64,000 bases of DNA from Symbiobacterium thermophilum IAM 14863 (GTDB lineage: Bacteria > Bacillota > Sulfobacillia > Symbiobacteriales > Symbiobacteriaceae): contig NC_006177.1 in assembly GCF_000009905.1 (NCBI RefSeq), positions 2,984,595 through 3,048,594 on the forward strand, in the 5' to 3' direction. The position numbers and the translations under genes are program-made. Position 1 is the stretch's first letter, and the number at the start of each line of letters is the position of its first letter. The notes below the pieces were generated by a model that made no database searches, had not been told where the DNA came from, and was given only the letters and a program-made list of their open reading frames with translations. Shown here piece by piece: positions 63,025 through 64,000 of the stretch.

Positions 63025-63983
63025 CCGATCCTCACCGTCCCGGCCGGGGCCATGCCGTACACCAGCCCGTTCTTCTGGTCCTGGAGCACGGCCTCCTCGA
63101 TCCGGTACTCGCCGGCGGTCACCACCCGGGCGTAGTACTGGATGGGCTGGCCCTTCTTCCCGGCCCAGAACGTCACCCGCTGCCCGTCCACCAGCGTGGC
63201 CCGGGTGGTGTAGTTCGACCAGTTGATCCGCTCTCCCCAGGACCAGGGCCGCTCCAGGTAGCGGAGTCCCGAAGGCAGCGTGTCCGTCAGCTCATACGCC
63301 CCCTCCGGCGCGTCGGCCGGCAGGCCGTACGTGAGGGTGACCGTGACGATGTCACCCGGCTTCCACGCCTCCGGCGCCGGAGAGTAGCTGCGCACCACGT
63401 TGCCTCCCGCCATGGTCACGGCGGGGCGTCCGGGGGCGGCGTAGGTGACGACCGCCGCAACGCTGCCCTCGACCGACGTGACCCGCAGCGAGGCCAGCTC
63501 CTCCGGCCGCAGGGCGAGGCTGACCCGCTCGCCGGGCTGCAGGATCTTCTCGACCAGCTGGCCGTTCAACCGGTAGGCGAGCCCCACGGGCGCGCCCCGG
63601 AGGCCTTCCAGCCCGCTCCGGGCGGCGAGCACGAGCTCCAGGTTGATCAGGCTCTCCCGCGGCGGATTGTCCAGCAGGTAGCCGAGCATGCTCGTCGCTT
63701 CCGGCTCCCCGAGCCGGGCCGCCAGGGCCGCCGCCAGCGCGGTGGCCTCCAGCTGCTCGTCGCGGCCCGCGCCCGCCGTCAGCCGCAGGTCCTGGCCGAT
63801 CTGGTCACCATGGGCCGCCACCAGGGCCCGGTAGCGCGGGCGCACCGTCTCCAGGTCGCCCAGCGCCGCGGCGGCGAGCATGCCGCAGAGCTCCTCCGCC
63901 GGCGAGAGGTCCGGTTGGGCGAGCAGCTCGTGCGCGGCGAGCAGCACCGGCTCTCCCAGGCCGGCCAGGCCGTAGAGCGCCAT
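63018..63983 (-). CDS. Hypothetical protein, C-terminal region (gene probably continues past the window end)
   Basis: Open frame reaching the window edge; beta-rich sequence without recognisable motif; 4-nt overlap with the MEMO-like gene start. Confidence 0.35.
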   Translation of the reverse strand: MALYGLAGLGEPVLLAAHELLAQPDLSPAEELCGMLAAAALGDLETVRPRYRALVAAHGDQIGQDLRLTAGAGRDEQLEATALAAALAARLGEPEATSMLGYLLDNPPRESLINLELVLAARSGLEGLRGAPVGLAYRLNGQLVEKILQPGERVSLALRPEELASLRVTSVEGSVAAVVTYAAPGRPAVTMAGGNVVRSYSPAPEAWKPGDIVTVTLTYGLPADAPEGAYELTDTLPSGLRYLERPWSWGERINWSNYTTRATLVDGQRVTFWAGKKGQPIQYYARVVTAGEYRIEEAVLQDQKNGLVYGMAPAGTVRIGW

Positions 63984-64000
63984 GGCCTTCCGCTCCCGGC

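Overview
High-GC (Firmicute-like, probably spore-forming) chromosomal window. Most of it is a minus-strand run of core genes: an 11-gene NADH:quinone oxidoreductase operon (nuoB-A-C-D-H-I-J-K-L-M-N, no nuoEFG) with a near-consensus sigma-A promoter; metY, yaaR-like, metX, nth, hemL, sppA, gdh, ldcA, rlmD, gatCAB, oppDF-like ATPases, ligA, pcrA; an ECF sigma/anti-sigma module; CotF-like spore-coat genes; two tandem tRNA-Ser(GCT) genes. Accessory content sits at about 38.7-44.5 kb: an ISLre2-like IS whose transposase carries one in-frame TGA, a 3' remnant of a metG-like gene truncated at the IS end, and directly downstream a 1196-aa protein combining an uncharacterised N-terminal domain, a RecD2-like SF1 helicase core and a C-terminal PD-(D/E)xK (Vsr/DUF559-like) nuclease. 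That protein is my best candidate for an undescribed single-protein defence or DNA-processing system. Two further notable calls: a Bcp-type peroxiredoxin with an in-frame TGA exactly at the peroxidatic-Cys position (probable selenoprotein, otherwise read as two fragments), and a TPR protein / 33-aa secreted pre-peptide / XRE regulator cassette resembling RNPP- or Rgg-type peptide signalling. Many long ORFs in the six-frame track are antisense artefacts of high GC and are rejected.
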